Positions 63,017 through 64,000 of a stretch of 64,000 nucleotides of DNA are shown here, piece by piece. How positions within the stretch are numbered: position 1 is the stretch's first letter; every line of letters starts with the position of its first letter. The notes beneath the pieces were generated by a model, which was not told where the DNA came from, did not search any database, and worked only from the letters and a program-made list of their open reading frames with translations. The translations under genes and the position numbers were made by a program. The DNA is taken from assembly GCF_964204645.1 (NCBI RefSeq), contig NC_134029.1, positions 620,001 through 684,000 of the forward strand. The letters run 5' to 3'. The stretch is from Tubulanus polymorphus. Its lineage: Eukaryota > Animalia > Nemertea.

Positions 63017-64000
63017 CTTCCAGCTTTTCTTCTACAATTTAAAGTCGATTACAATTCTAAGCCACCGGACGAGTTCTGTCACACGATTCTTTTTGAAAAT
63101 GACATAAATCTAGACGTCACATTTTTATTAATGATACTTTCCCATCAGGAAAAAAACTTACGCAACTGAATACATGTATTAATCGGGCTTAATTTGATCA
63201 TTAGATACATTAGATACATTAGATACACTATCATCCCAGTAGAACAAGTTGAACTATATTTAGGTAATAGCTAAAATGTATTTTTGACATCTTTTACTGC
63301 GATCATTAACCCCGTTCTCTACTGAAACATATGGATCGATAATCATCCTGTTCAAGGCCACCACTGTCTGTATGTGGCTTCGAGGGAGTGAATTAGCAAA
63401 AAGATAAACCACGCTTTTTCCCGATATATCGAATCATAATTCCAGGAATCTGAATTCGTTAAATTATATCTATATTCTGTTTATGATCTGCAACAGCCTA
63501 CACTACAGTATAACGCGTATCAGATACATGTATTTTGTGGCAGCCATCTCTCAGTAACTGAGTACATCCTGTTGCCGCTACTGCGCTAGCTGCTGCTGTA
63601 CTGCAAGATTCACTTATACTGTCAGCTACAAACTCACTATATTCACATAACATGTTTACCTTACCTTTTTTACCAGATATATCTATGTATGAATTCAATC
63701 CGTATCATTCCCGTCCTTATTTACTCCAGTCCTGGTTTTATCTATCTCCGCATTCTCGAATCAGACCAGGCACTCCGTATGAAACCGAGGCACTGGATAT
63801 ATCAATCAACTCCTCGGAGGATCAATGTCAAGGTCGAATAAACTTGCATATTGTCTCTTATGATATATAGAAAAGCTGTGACAATCCTGGGCTTGATTTC
63901 ACCCACGGGGCAGGCATTATCAATCGGAATTGATTTACTCCAATCCATTTTATATTTTGGATCCACGCTCCACGTCACAGTTCGCTTAGAGCCAAATTGA

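Overview
AT-rich animal genomic DNA with spliceosomal GT-AG introns, Pol III tRNA genes and many micro/minisatellites and MITEs. The gene content suggests a marine invertebrate, probably a spiralian (inference). All protein-coding genes I can support are on the minus strand: (1) three phase-compatible internal exons (8299-8188, 6052-5906, 4672-4589) of an unidentified gene; (2) a 5-exon gene encoding a 152-aa secreted precursor made of a signal peptide, a 28-aa Arg-rich 6-Cys beta-hairpin-like peptide, a G-KR amidation/cleavage site and an acidic two-EF-hand C-terminal domain (the most interesting locus); (3) an intronless class A GPCR; (4) a 5-exon, two-domain Ly6/uPAR three-finger protein with a GPI signal. 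RNA genes are one tRNA-Ser(TGA) and four near-identical tRNA-Lys(TTT), plus three tRNA-Lys relics. Mobile DNA includes a Penelope-type inverted insertion with a 10-bp TSD and a minimal hammerhead ribozyme, a MITE with a 5-bp TSD, a Tourist-like MITE, an abundant palindromic MITE family and a decayed CR1/L2-type RT. No CRISPR or prokaryotic features. Coordinates were counted by hand; repeat boundaries are approximate.
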